The notes under the pieces: generated by a model | Database searches by the model: none | The model's input: only the letters and a program-made list of their open reading frames with translations | What the model was told of the DNA's origin: nothing | Translations under genes and position numbers: made by a program | NCBI GenBank assembly: GCA_963664305.2 | Contig: CAXXLV010000002.1 | Span: 1,472,001-1,536,000 of the forward strand | Reading direction: 5' to 3' | DNA length: 64,000 nt | Source: an uncultured Aliarcobacter sp. | GTDB taxonomy: Bacteria > Campylobacterota > Campylobacteria > Campylobacterales > Arcobacteraceae | In this document: piece after piece, positions 11,193-21,635 of the stretch | Position numbering within the stretch: position 1 is the first letter of the stretch | Layout: each line of letters starts with the position of its first letter

Positions 11193-11980
11193 TTTTTAAT
11201 TTCAATCCATCTATCTAAATCACAAAAAATCTTATTTAAAGTATTTAATACATAATCTTTTGCTTCTGTTTGTATTCTTCTAAAAAAAAGATATTTTCTA
11301 GCACTTTCAATATCCCCAACCTCTTTTGCTTGAATAGCTTTTGCAGCAAAATCAGTATTATTGTATGCCATTTCCCAAACTGTACTTCCTAAATATCTAC
11401 TCATCGTTATTACTTTATCGTTTTTAACAGGGAAATATTTTGGAGATTTAACAAAATCACAAATTACAGAATTTGAATCTAAATATTTATGTCCAAAAAA
11501 GTTTATAAATTGTTCACTAAAATAATCTTCATCCATTGAAATTGCTCTATTTAAAGCAAAAATTATATTTTCTTCTGGATTTTTTTCTATTTTTTTAATT
11601 TTTTTCATAGTTGCAATTGCATTTTTTCCATCAAGTTCACCATCACCTAAAGGGATAATCCACTTAACATTTCCAAAAGAACCAACTTTTTTTATCTCAT
11701 CAAGAACTAAAGATGATGTTTTATTTCCACCAACATCAACTATAACTTCGTGATTATCATCCATTAAAATCAACTCATCAAGTTCATTTAACCTATTTGT
11801 TCCTAACATTTTTTTATTAACAATTTCAGTTCTTGTAAATGATCTTGAGTCATTGTTTTCATCATCAATTTCAATATAAGTAACTTTTTTTCCATGTTTT
11901 TTATATAAATATGGAGCAATAACTTGCATAGCAACAGTAGATTTACCTACTCCACCTTTTGTTTGGGGAATTATAATCAT
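11189..11980 (-). CDS. ParA/MinD-superfamily P-loop ATPase
   Basis: Deviant Walker A KGGVGKST, IEIDDEN, Walker B VIVDVGG. Confidence 0.8.
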   Translation of the reverse strand: MIIIPQTKGGVGKSTVAMQVIAPYLYKKHGKKVTYIEIDDENNDSRSFTRTEIVNKKMLGTNRLNELDELILMDDNHEVIVDVGGNKTSSLVLDEIKKVGSFGNVKWIIPLGDGELDGKNAIATMKKIKKIEKNPEENIIFALNRAISMDEDYFSEQFINFFGHKYLDSNSVICDFVKSPKYFPVKNDKVITMSRYLGSTVWEMAYNNTDFAAKAIQAKEVGDIESARKYLFFRRIQTEAKDYVLNTLNKIFCDLDRWIEIKK

Positions 11981-12058
11981 CAATTAAACCTTTGGATTTA
12001 TAATTATATAGTTCATTCATTTTATCGTAATATTTATTAATTCCGTATAGTTTAAATG

Positions 12059-12883
12059 TCAATCAATATAAGCTTCAGTGATAAATAATTTTGGATTATT
12101 GCAATATTTTTTAATTTTAAAAGTATTTATTGCTTTCCCATCTTCTATATCAATAACCATCATTTGTAAAATAGATTTACATGAATTTGGAACTTCGAAA
12201 TGTCCACCAATCCCTGTAGTTACCTTTTGAATAGGAATTTTTGAATCCATTCCTATTACATTATCTCTACACCCTGTTAATCCGATATCAGTTAAATATG
12301 CTGTATTTTCAAAAATTTGTAAATCATCTGTTCCAACATGAGTATGTGTTCCACAAATTCCACTTACTTGATTTTTAAACATCATTAGCATAATTCTTTT
12401 TTCACTTGTAACTTCAGCATGAAAATCTATAAATATATTTTTTATCTCTTCTTCATGTAGTTTTGAAACTAATTTTTTTGCCCAGTTAAAAGGATTTTCA
12501 ACAGTTGGCATTCCATATTGTCCCATAAGATTGATAACAGCTAATTTTTCAATACCATTTGAAGTTTCAATTTCACAGATTTTTATTCCACTTCCAATTA
12601 ATCCTTCAGGATAATTATCCGGTCTTAAAACATTTGATGTTTCAAGTAAAGCTAACATATCTTTTTTCTTATCAAAACTATGATTTCCACCTGTTAATAA
12701 ACCAATTCCTGATTTAAAAAGCTCTTTTGCACTCTCAACAGTTAAACCAAAACCATGACTAGCATTTTCACCGTTTGCTATCACAAAATCTATTTTATAT
12801 TCTTCTTTTATTTTTGATAAGTTTTCTTTTATAATTTTACGCCCAGGACGACCTACTATGTCTCCTATAAATCCTATTCTCAT
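12059..12883 (-). CDS. ymdB: YmdB-like (TIGR00282) metallophosphoesterase
   Basis: FIGDIVGRPGR, ANGEN..HGFG, TGGNH, DFHAE..SEK, GTHTHV. Confidence 0.93.
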   Translation of the reverse strand: MRIGFIGDIVGRPGRKIIKENLSKIKEEYKIDFVIANGENASHGFGLTVESAKELFKSGIGLLTGGNHSFDKKKDMLALLETSNVLRPDNYPEGLIGSGIKICEIETSNGIEKLAVINLMGQYGMPTVENPFNWAKKLVSKLHEEEIKNIFIDFHAEVTSEKRIMLMMFKNQVSGICGTHTHVGTDDLQIFENTAYLTDIGLTGCRDNVIGMDSKIPIQKVTTGIGGHFEVPNSCKSILQMMVIDIEDGKAINTFKIKKYCNNPKLFITEAYID

Positions 12884-12928
12884 TTATCTTCTTTATAAAA
12901 TTTTTTCTTATTGTATTAAAAAAAACTT

Positions 12929-15340
12929 TTATTCTTCTTCACATGCTTTTAATCTGATTTCAAAAACAGCACCTAAATCTTCATTATATGCTTTGATAAT
13001 CCCATCTTGTTCATCAACAATTTTTTTTGCAATATTTAAACCAACACCCATGCCACTATGTTCTTTTGATGAAACAAAAGGCTCAAAAATTTCATCTATT
13101 ATCTCTTCTTTTATTCCACCAGCGCTATCTTTAAATTTAATTACAACTTCATTTTCTTCTTTAAATAAATAGATATTTAAAACTCTTTTTTCATAATCTT
13201 CTATTTTTACCAACTCATCAAGAGCATTATTTATAACTATAATCCAAACTTGTTCTATTCTTTGTTTTTGAACTTTAGAGTTAAAAACAAACTCATTTTT
13301 ATTTAAAGAATCTATATCAAAAAGTTTTTCATTTAAATATATTTTACAAACTTGACGTGAGCGATTATATGCCATTGTAAGTGAAGTAATCAAAGTAGAA
13401 TAGATATTTGTTTTTTCTTTTACTTCTTTACTACTTTGTGACATTTCTCTCATTGATTCCACAATATTTGCTATTCTATTTAATCCCTCTTTCATTTTTT
13501 CACTATCGTATGACATTCGCTCTTTTATTTCACTTTGTGGTAAATCCATAATATCATAAGACATCAGCTCAAGATTTCCTTTTATATATGTCAATGGAGT
13601 ATTTATCTCATGGGCAATTCCAGCAGCTAATGAACCAATAGAAGTTAATTTTGCATTTTTAATTTGCTCTTGTTGATGAAGTTTGTCTTTATGGATACTT
13701 TTTTCAACTTCTAAATTTATTCTTTGTTCTAGATTTTGATTTAATTCTTGTAATTTTCTTTTATCTTCTAGAGAATTAACAACAAATACTAAATGATTTT
13801 TATCTGAAGATAATACACTTAAAGACAATTCAAGATGAATTTGTGTTCCATCTTTTTTTACAAAAATCTTTTCTATATTTGAAATATTTCCTATTTCTCG
13901 TACTTCTGTTAAAATCTTCTTTAAAAGTTTTTTTGAATCATAACTAATAATATCAATACAATTCATTCGCAAAAGCTCTTTACTTTCATAACCAAGAAGT
14001 TGTTTAAATGTACTGTTTAATTTTACAAAATTTCCTTCACTATCAATCAATGATATTCCACTATTTACATTTTCAAAAATTGCATTGTACTGTTCTACTT
14101 GTTTATTCAAATCAACATATAAATCTTCAATCTTTTTCTTATTTGTAATATCTGTACAAATAATGTTATATCCCATTAATTGCCTATTATCAAAAATTCC
14201 TTCAACAAAAAGATTTATCCAAAAAACTTCTCCATCTTTTTTATTACCTTTTATCTCACCAACAAAAGTTTCACCTATTTTTATCTTTTTCCAAATTTTT
14301 CGTTGTTCTTTGATTTTTATATCTTTATGAACTAAAATATTATAGTTATGTCCTATTAATTCACTTTTTGAATATCCTAAAAAATAGCAAAATGCAGAAC
14401 TTGTATCAAGGATTAGATTGTCTTTATTAAGTCTTAGAAACATAATATGATTATCCATGATTTTTTGTTTTTCATCTAATGCTAAAGAGTTTTGTTTTAT
14501 ATTTAAATCTAGTTGTTTATTTTCATCTTCAACTTTTCTATTCAATCTTGCAATTGGTTCTGAAAACAATAATGATAAAAATAAAGCAATACAAAATCCA
14601 ATAACAATTATCGATTCATAATAATCTTTAATATAATCATTATTCAGATTTTTTTCACTTTTGATTAAAAAAGTTAGATATTGTTTGTTATTTATGTAAA
14701 CATTTTTTGAAAAATACTCTTCTTTAAAAGAATTTTCTTTATCTTCAAAAGAGTTTACAATAAAGGTTTTTTTATTAAAATCATTATAGATTTTATTAAA
14801 AGTATCTTTTATATCTATGTTTACTATATAAAAATCATTTTCATTTCTAATTATAAAATTTATAATTGATGTAGTTTTTGAATCATTAAAATAGTGTAAA
14901 ATCTCTTCATTTTTTAAGATTCTCATATCTTTAAAATAATCTTTTGTAAAAATACTTTTTAATTTGTTTTCTTCTAAAACCTTTATTTCATTTGAAATAT
15001 TTTCAATTTTTAGTTTTTGTTTTGAATCTAATCCAACTATTTCAAAACTTAAAACATTTTTATCTTTAAATAACGTCTTTTCTAAAAACTTTATTATTTC
15101 ATCTTTATTTTCTATTTTAGAGATACTTTTTTGTATTAATAATAGTTTTTCATCATAATTTTTTATAGAAGAATTAAAAATATTTTTTTCTTGTTCTAAA
15201 ATATTTAAAACATATTCTTTCTCTTTTTTATCACTGTGAAATTCATAAAAGTTGTTAAAAGCAAATGAAGAAAATCCAAGTAACAATACTGCAAATATAA
15301 TAAAAGCAATAAATATTTTTATATAAAATGAGATTCTCAT
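12929..15340 (-). CDS. Membrane sensor histidine kinase with two PAS domains
   Basis: Two TM segments, PAS repeats, GIAHEINTPL H-box, NNALD, DSAGGI, GMGVGL. Confidence 0.92.
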   Translation of the reverse strand: MRISFYIKIFIAFIIFAVLLLGFSSFAFNNFYEFHSDKKEKEYVLNILEQEKNIFNSSIKNYDEKLLLIQKSISKIENKDEIIKFLEKTLFKDKNVLSFEIVGLDSKQKLKIENISNEIKVLEENKLKSIFTKDYFKDMRILKNEEILHYFNDSKTTSIINFIIRNENDFYIVNIDIKDTFNKIYNDFNKKTFIVNSFEDKENSFKEEYFSKNVYINNKQYLTFLIKSEKNLNNDYIKDYYESIIVIGFCIALFLSLLFSEPIARLNRKVEDENKQLDLNIKQNSLALDEKQKIMDNHIMFLRLNKDNLILDTSSAFCYFLGYSKSELIGHNYNILVHKDIKIKEQRKIWKKIKIGETFVGEIKGNKKDGEVFWINLFVEGIFDNRQLMGYNIICTDITNKKKIEDLYVDLNKQVEQYNAIFENVNSGISLIDSEGNFVKLNSTFKQLLGYESKELLRMNCIDIISYDSKKLLKKILTEVREIGNISNIEKIFVKKDGTQIHLELSLSVLSSDKNHLVFVVNSLEDKRKLQELNQNLEQRINLEVEKSIHKDKLHQQEQIKNAKLTSIGSLAAGIAHEINTPLTYIKGNLELMSYDIMDLPQSEIKERMSYDSEKMKEGLNRIANIVESMREMSQSSKEVKEKTNIYSTLITSLTMAYNRSRQVCKIYLNEKLFDIDSLNKNEFVFNSKVQKQRIEQVWIIVINNALDELVKIEDYEKRVLNIYLFKEENEVVIKFKDSAGGIKEEIIDEIFEPFVSSKEHSGMGVGLNIAKKIVDEQDGIIKAYNEDLGAVFEIRLKACEEE

Positions 15341-17379
15341 ATTCGTTCTTCTTTATTTAACTTGATAAAATATGTTGTATTGTAAATAGTATTATTACAC
15401 CAAAGTAGACCATTATTCTTTTCTATAAAAAGTTTTGATAAATGTAAATATGTATCAAAATATTTATCTTCATTTGAAGATAAAATCTCATCAATTATAT
15501 TTTTCTTATTTTCACCTTTTATATTATCTTCAATTTTTATTACCACATCATTGTTTTCATCAAGATTCTCACTAATTGCAGTTATAAATATTGTTACATT
15601 TTCTGTTTTGTTTAACATTGCTTGCTCTAAACAATTTTTTAACATATTAAAGAAAATATTTTTTAACTCATTGGAAGAGATTGAAATATGAATATCATCT
15701 TTTATATCAAATTTAACTTTTATATTTTGATTTTTTAATTCATTTTTTAAACTATTTATTGTCTCATCAATAACAAAATGAAGATTTGTTTTTTCACTAT
15801 TTCTTGTGTTAAATAAATATTTAATTTCATTTAACATATCTGATAAATTTTTTAATTCAGATTCAACATTTTTTTCTATATTTAATAAATCGTTATTTCC
15901 AAAGTGGTTTAATTTTTGTATTTCAAAAGAGATTTTTGAAATTGGAACTTTCCATTGATGTGCAAATGAATCCAAAATTTTTGACATCAACTGAACTTTT
16001 GTTGTTTCAATCAATGTTTTATCTTTTATTTTTATATCATTTAATTTATTTGATAAATCTTCTTTTAGCAATCTATTTATTTTTTGAAGTTGTTTTGTAT
16101 CAGTAATATTTATTCTTATTGAACTATATCCTTCTACTTTTCCTTCAAAATTATATCGTGGAAATATTACAGCCTTTATCCAATATGAGTTTCCATATTT
16201 ATCTTTGTTTTTTATTTCACCTTCCCAAATTTTATTTGCTTTTAAATCTTTCCACATATTTTCAAAAAATATTTGTGATACATCTGGATGTCTTAAAATA
16301 TTTGTATTTTTACCTAACATTTCCTCTTTTGAATAACCAGAAATTTTATAAAAAGGTTTAGTTGCAAATAAAATATTTCCATATAAATCTGTTTCAACTT
16401 TTATAATATAATTATCAACTTGCTCAAATAGTTCTTTATATTTTTTATTTATTACTTCACTTTTAGTTTTAAAATTATTAGTTCTATAAAGGAAATAAAT
16501 TATTATAAATAATATGAGTATGAAAATAATAAATAAAATATCAAAATAGCCATTTATTCTACTAATTTCATTATTTTTATTATCATCATAAGCCAATAAA
16601 TAAAGTGAATTTTTATAAAAATCAGAACTATTAAGAGGAATAAAAACTGTTGGAATGTTAACTAAATCATTATCTAAAACTAAAGAGAACTCTTTTTGAT
16701 TATTTATAAAATTAATTAGTTCATCTTTTTGAACTTTTTTCATATTAAAAAACATATCTTCTTTTAATTGAAAATTATTTGATATTAATATTCTAAATTT
16801 TGAATTACTATTTTCTTCCAATTTTTTTATTAAAGTAGCTAAATCAAATTTTAAATTAATTACTCCTAGAAGATTTAATTTTTCATCAAAAATGGGTTTA
16901 GAAAAAAGTAAAAACATATTCTCATTTTCAATTTTATAATTAAACAACTCTTTTTTATTTGATAAAACTTCTTCAACAATTTTATAAGTAAAATTATCCT
17001 CAGAATTTTCTTCCATACTTAAAATCAATTTATTTGTTGATGTAAAAAAATTTGCTTCTTGTAAACCTAAAGTTTTATAAAATAAAAAACTATTTTCAAA
17101 ATTTGTATGGAGTTGTTTTTTTATAGAGTTTAAATCTGAATTGTTTTTTAATATTTCAACTATTTTTTTATCTTTTATAAATTCATTAAAATAGATTAAT
17201 TCAGAAATATTTTCATAAGTATTAAAAATTTTTGTATATTCTTTATTTACATATTGTTTATAAGTAAATAAAGAGCTTTCCATCTCTTTATTTTTTAAAA
17301 AGTTTAAACCTACAATTATAAAAAAGAAAGAGATAATAAAATAGAAAAAATACCTAAAATTTAGGTTTTTATCATTCAT
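15337..17379 (-). CDS. Membrane PAS-domain histidine-kinase-like protein with degenerate ATPase domain
   Basis: Two TMs, PAS (LRHPD..WEGEIKN), H-box FAHQWKVPI; G1/G2 glycine boxes missing. Confidence 0.8.
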   Translation of the reverse strand: MNDKNLNFRYFFYFIISFFFIIVGLNFLKNKEMESSLFTYKQYVNKEYTKIFNTYENISELIYFNEFIKDKKIVEILKNNSDLNSIKKQLHTNFENSFLFYKTLGLQEANFFTSTNKLILSMEENSEDNFTYKIVEEVLSNKKELFNYKIENENMFLLFSKPIFDEKLNLLGVINLKFDLATLIKKLEENSNSKFRILISNNFQLKEDMFFNMKKVQKDELINFINNQKEFSLVLDNDLVNIPTVFIPLNSSDFYKNSLYLLAYDDNKNNEISRINGYFDILFIIFILILFIIIYFLYRTNNFKTKSEVINKKYKELFEQVDNYIIKVETDLYGNILFATKPFYKISGYSKEEMLGKNTNILRHPDVSQIFFENMWKDLKANKIWEGEIKNKDKYGNSYWIKAVIFPRYNFEGKVEGYSSIRINITDTKQLQKINRLLKEDLSNKLNDIKIKDKTLIETTKVQLMSKILDSFAHQWKVPISKISFEIQKLNHFGNNDLLNIEKNVESELKNLSDMLNEIKYLFNTRNSEKTNLHFVIDETINSLKNELKNQNIKVKFDIKDDIHISISSNELKNIFFNMLKNCLEQAMLNKTENVTIFITAISENLDENNDVVIKIEDNIKGENKKNIIDEILSSNEDKYFDTYLHLSKLFIEKNNGLLWCNNTIYNTTYFIKLNKEERI

Positions 17380-17382
17380 TTA

Positions 17383-17757
17383 TTATGACTCAAGAACTTC
17401 TAAAATCTTTTTTTCTAAAAGTTGTAAAGAATCAAAAGGTTTCATTACATAGTTTGTAGCACCTTCTTTATGAGATTTTAAAACTTTATCAAGAGTTGAA
17501 TAAGCCGTCATCATAATAACTTTTTGGTCTGGATTTTTAGCTTTTATTTTTTCTAAAACATCTAAACCATTCATCTGTGGCATCATTATGTCTAATAAAA
17601 TCACATCAAATTTGTTTGCCTCAATTGAACCTAATGCAGAAACAGGATTTGAATAAGTTGATACAGAAAAATTTTGATTTCTAGTTAAAAATCTACTAAG
17701 AACATTTAAGATTTCTGTTTCATCATCAACAATTGCTATCGTATATTTTTTGCTCAT
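17383..17757 (-). CDS. Single-domain response regulator (CheY-like)
   Basis: IVDDE, LLDIMMP, MMTAY, YVMKPF; 124 aa. Confidence 0.93.
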   Translation of the reverse strand: MSKKYTIAIVDDETEILNVLSRFLTRNQNFSVSTYSNPVSALGSIEANKFDVILLDIMMPQMNGLDVLEKIKAKNPDQKVIMMTAYSTLDKVLKSHKEGATNYVMKPFDSLQLLEKKILEVLES

Positions 17758-19167
17758 CTATTTTCCTTCAAATAATTTTTTTGCAGCTTCTTTCATTACT
17801 AATTCATTTTTTTCTTCAAGAATTTTATCTAAATGAATAAACACTTGCTCACTTCCTTGTTCAACTAATTCTATCTTATCTTCAATTAATTGTTTTGAGC
17901 AAGAAACACTGTGTCCAGAACACTCATTTGCCAATAGATTTGCTTCATGGTGAACTGTATGGTGATGTTTTTCTAAACCTTTATATGATGGAACAAAACT
18001 GAATTGTTCTTTTCCTAAACCTGTATCATACCATTTTCCTAATCTACAATTATGATGATCAACCGGTTTAAAGTTATGTTCTCCACCAAAAATTAATTGG
18101 TATAGATTATTTTTATAAATTACGTGGTCAAGTTTTGCTAAGTTAATAAATATTTTGTTTGAAATACTTTCTACTTCATATACTGATCTATTTGAATTTT
18201 TTTGGAATGTATTCATCAATTTACTTAAAACATCAATTCTTGATTTTGTAACATTTACAACATCAGATACTGTTTCTGAACTAGTTTTTATTTTTTCTGT
18301 TTCATTTTGAATTGAAGTTACAACATCTTTTATCTGTTTTGCAGCATCTGCACTTCTTGTTGCAAGATTTCGCACCTCTTGTGCAACAACTGCAAATCCT
18401 TTTCCAGCTTCTCCAGCAGTTGCTGCTTCAACGGCTGCATTTAATGAAAGGATATTTGTTTGGAAAGCAATTTCTTGAATGATATTTATAACTTGTGCTA
18501 TATCTTTACTTTTTGCAACCAAAGATGTTACTACATCATTTTCAACTTCTATTTCTTTATGAAGATTATTTGTGTCATCAACTATTTCATTGATTAAATT
18601 TAAACCTTGTGTTGAACCTTCTGCTGTCTCTTTTGATTCTTTTGCCATTTCTTGTAACTCATCAAGTAAACCTAAATATGTCTCTTGAGTTGTAGATAAT
18701 GATTTTGTCATATTTTTATTATGTCTTGATAATAAACCACCATCTTTATTATCATGAATTGAAGTTTTTCGTAATGAAACAATTTTATAGTTTTCGTAAT
18801 TTTTTACAAAAATATTTGCTTCACAATCCTCTAATATAAGACTATCACTTCCACTTAAGACTGCATCTAATACAACTGAAAAATCTTTTATATTAGAACC
18901 TGCTAATTTATTTACGAAAAAAACTTCATTTTTTTCATTAAATACAACTAGACCTTCTTCTTGCGAAACACCAGCAATTTCTTTAAACAATTGGATAGAT
19001 TTGTCATTTTCTTTAGTGAATGTTTCAAATTTCAAACTATTATGTTTTTCTATTTCACTAATTTTTTCTAATTCTTTTTCTTTGTCTAGTAATTGATTTT
19101 TTAATTCAAGATTTTCTTTTTCAAGTCGAATAATCTTTTCTTCTAAATTCTTATTTCCAAAAAACAT
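17758..19167 (-). CDS. Soluble chemoreceptor with C-terminal CZB zinc-binding domain (TlpD-like)
   Basis: [56 protein letters not shown]; no TM; ATG 19167 after GAGG. Confidence 0.9.
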   Translation of the reverse strand: MFFGNKNLEEKIIRLEKENLELKNQLLDKEKELEKISEIEKHNSLKFETFTKENDKSIQLFKEIAGVSQEEGLVVFNEKNEVFFVNKLAGSNIKDFSVVLDAVLSGSDSLILEDCEANIFVKNYENYKIVSLRKTSIHDNKDGGLLSRHNKNMTKSLSTTQETYLGLLDELQEMAKESKETAEGSTQGLNLINEIVDDTNNLHKEIEVENDVVTSLVAKSKDIAQVINIIQEIAFQTNILSLNAAVEAATAGEAGKGFAVVAQEVRNLATRSADAAKQIKDVVTSIQNETEKIKTSSETVSDVVNVTKSRIDVLSKLMNTFQKNSNRSVYEVESISNKIFINLAKLDHVIYKNNLYQLIFGGEHNFKPVDHHNCRLGKWYDTGLGKEQFSFVPSYKGLEKHHHTVHHEANLLANECSGHSVSCSKQLIEDKIELVEQGSEQVFIHLDKILEEKNELVMKEAAKKLFEGK

Positions 19168-19251
19168 AACAAACCTCAATAAATGGTAGATTAATAAATA
19201 TAATAACTAAAAGTGAATAAATATTTACTAAAAAATAACTTACTTTTCAAT

Positions 19252-20400
19252 TTAAATGCTATTTAATTGCTGCGAACAAACATAAGCTTCACTAAAAGCT
19301 ATTTGAAAATTAAAGCCACCTAATTCACCAGTTATATTGAGACATTCACCAATAAAATAAAGATTTTTTTGTTTTAAGCTTTCAAAAGTGTTATGATTTA
19401 TTTCATCTGTATTTATTCCACCTTTTGTAACCTCAGCCTTTGAATAACCAAAATTACCAGCAGGTGAAAATTCATAATTTTTTAATAACTTTAATTTTTC
19501 TAATTCTAAACTTGTTAATTTTGAAGTTGCTTTATCTTCTAAATCTATTGAAATTAAAAATTCTTGGATAAATCTTTTTGGAAGAGGTAAAGCAGAAGAG
19601 ATATTTTTATTTCCAACTAAAAAACTTTCTAATCTTTTTTTAGGTAAAAAATCGATTAATATTTTTCCTTTTTTCCAATACAAAGAAGTACTCAAAATAA
19701 CAGGACCTGAACAACCTTTATGTGCAAATAAAAGTGAACCTTCAAAAGATTTTCCTTCAACAGAAGTTATAACATTTGTAGAAATACCTGCAAGATTTTT
19801 AAACCAAAACTGCTCTTTTTGTACAGTAAATCCAACAAGTGCAGGTTCAAGTTTTATTATAGAGTGTCCAAATTTTTTTGCAATATCAAAACCAATAGAA
19901 CTAGCTCCTAAAACTGGATAAGACAAACCTCCACTTGCAACTACAAGTTTTTTTGCTTCTATTATTTTTGAATCTGTTTTTATTTTATAAACTTCATCAA
20001 AATCCACATCTAAAACTGTTGTTCCTAAATGTTTTTTTACATGAGTAGTGAGTTTTGTAAACATATCAATAACATCTTGACTAGAATTACAAAAATATGT
20101 CCCTTTTACAATTTTTGGATTAATTTTGGGAAAGACTTGATTTTTATTTAAAAAAGCTAATAAATCATCTTTTGAGAATTTTTTTAGTAACTCTTTTACA
20201 AACTCTTCATCACCTAAATAGTTTTTATATGTCACTAACTCATTTGTGATATTACATTTTGCTCCACCACTTACTTTAACCTTGGGAGCAAGTTTTAAAC
20301 TTGTATCAATAAGACAGATATTTTTATATTTTTTTTTACTTAAATTTGAAGCAAGCATCAAAGCACTTGCTCCTGCTCCAATAATTGCTATATCGTAGAT
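19252..20400 (-). CDS. HI0933/BaiN-family NAD(P)/FAD-dependent oxidoreductase (probable ATC start)
   Basis: KVKVSGGAKCNITN, VASGGLSYP, AEVTKGG, GELGGFNFQ; FAD motif YDIAIIGAGAS lies upstream of the ORF-track start. Confidence 0.88.
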   Translation of the reverse strand: MYDIAIIGAGASALMLASNLSKKKYKNICLIDTSLKLAPKVKVSGGAKCNITNELVTYKNYLGDEEFVKELLKKFSKDDLLAFLNKNQVFPKINPKIVKGTYFCNSSQDVIDMFTKLTTHVKKHLGTTVLDVDFDEVYKIKTDSKIIEAKKLVVASGGLSYPVLGASSIGFDIAKKFGHSIIKLEPALVGFTVQKEQFWFKNLAGISTNVITSVEGKSFEGSLLFAHKGCSGPVILSTSLYWKKGKILIDFLPKKRLESFLVGNKNISSALPLPKRFIQEFLISIDLEDKATSKLTSLELEKLKLLKNYEFSPAGNFGYSKAEVTKGGINTDEINHNTFESLKQKNLYFIGECLNITGELGGFNFQIAFSEAYVCSQQLNSI

Positions 20401-21635
20401 GATTTATCCTTTTTACAAACAAATCTATTTATACCATCAACATATTCGTATTCTAAAATATATCCATTTGCTTTTAAAATATTATGAACTATATATAATC
20501 CTAAACCAAAAGAATCTTTTGATTTATCTTCGTTTGAGAAAAATGGTTCAAAATATCTTTCAAATGGTTCTTCTAAAGCTTTTCCTTCATTTTCGAAGAT
20601 TATATTTTCATCTTCATTTTTTATAATTACTTCTTTATTTGGCGAATATTTAACTGCATTATCTATTAAATTTTTAACTGCAATTGAGAATAATTTAAAA
20701 TTAACTTCTAGTTTTTTATTTTCATATTTTGAAATAACATGTTCATCTTCTATCATCAAAATATCTTTTGCATTATCGACAACATCATCTAAAAAATAAA
20801 ACTTTTTCTCTATATTTTTTGAAGATGAAATTAACTCTTCAATAGATGCAAATTCATTTATTAGAGCTTCAAGTCTATTAAACACAGATTTTAATTTTTC
20901 ATTGTTCTGTTCATTTTGTTCTAACGAAGTTAAAAATTTACCTTTTGTTATTGGAGTTTTTAATTCATGCATAATATTTCTAATAAATATATTTCTAGCT
21001 TCTTTTAAACTTTTTAATTTTAAAGCTGTTTTTTTAAATTCCATTGCCAAAAGAGAAACTTCATCTTTTCCATTCATATTACAACATTCAAAATCAAAGT
21101 TTTCATCACCTAAAGTTTTTACTTTATCTTTTAAAAGTTTTAAAGGCATCAATTTTCGTAAAGTTACTAAATAAACTAAAACTATCGTAATAAATAAAAT
21201 TCCAAAAACTAAAATAATATAAATATGACTATTACTATTTGAGGTATCTTCATCTTTTATTAGAACCGTATCACCTCTTCTTTTCATATAAATATAATTT
21301 ACATCATTTAAATTTAGAATTCTAAAAATATCATTATTTCTTGGATGAATTCGTTCAAATAAAACTTTTGTTTTAGGATTATAAGTAATTATATTTATTT
21401 CAGAAGTATCTGTTAAAAGCTTATAATTCATCTCAGCTAAATTTTTTACTAACATATCATCAAAAATAAAATCTTGTCTACTTACCATTTTTGATACAGG
21501 AACATATTTATCTAAAAGACGTCCCTCTTTCATTTTAAAATCATGAGTAATTAGTATTAAAAAACTAATTATTACCAAAAGTATTGATATAATAAAACTT
21601 ACTGCTATGGTAAAAAATATTGATTGTCTATTCAT
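20388..21635 (-). CDS. ArsS/RacS-family sensor histidine kinase
   Basis: Two TMs, HAMP, FIRNIMHELKTPITKG, NLIDNAVKY, SFGLGLYI. Confidence 0.92.
   Translation of the reverse strand: MNRQSIFFTIAVSFIISILLVIISFLILITHDFKMKEGRLLDKYVPVSKMVSRQDFIFDDMLVKNLAEMNYKLLTDTSEINIITYNPKTKVLFERIHPRNNDIFRILNLNDVNYIYMKRRGDTVLIKDEDTSNSNSHIYIILVFGILFITIVLVYLVTLRKLMPLKLLKDKVKTLGDENFDFECCNMNGKDEVSLLAMEFKKTALKLKSLKEARNIFIRNIMHELKTPITKGKFLTSLEQNEQNNEKLKSVFNRLEALINEFASIEELISSSKNIEKKFYFLDDVVDNAKDILMIEDEHVISKYENKKLEVNFKLFSIAVKNLIDNAVKYSPNKEVIIKNEDENIIFENEGKALEEPFERYFEPFFSNEDKSKDSFGLGLYIVHNILKANGYILEYEYVDGINRFVCKKDKSSTI

Noticed and set aside
18350..18470. Nucleotide similarity to ~43875-43995
   Set aside because: Explained by the conserved MCP signalling hairpin in two paralogous chemoreceptors, not a repeat element
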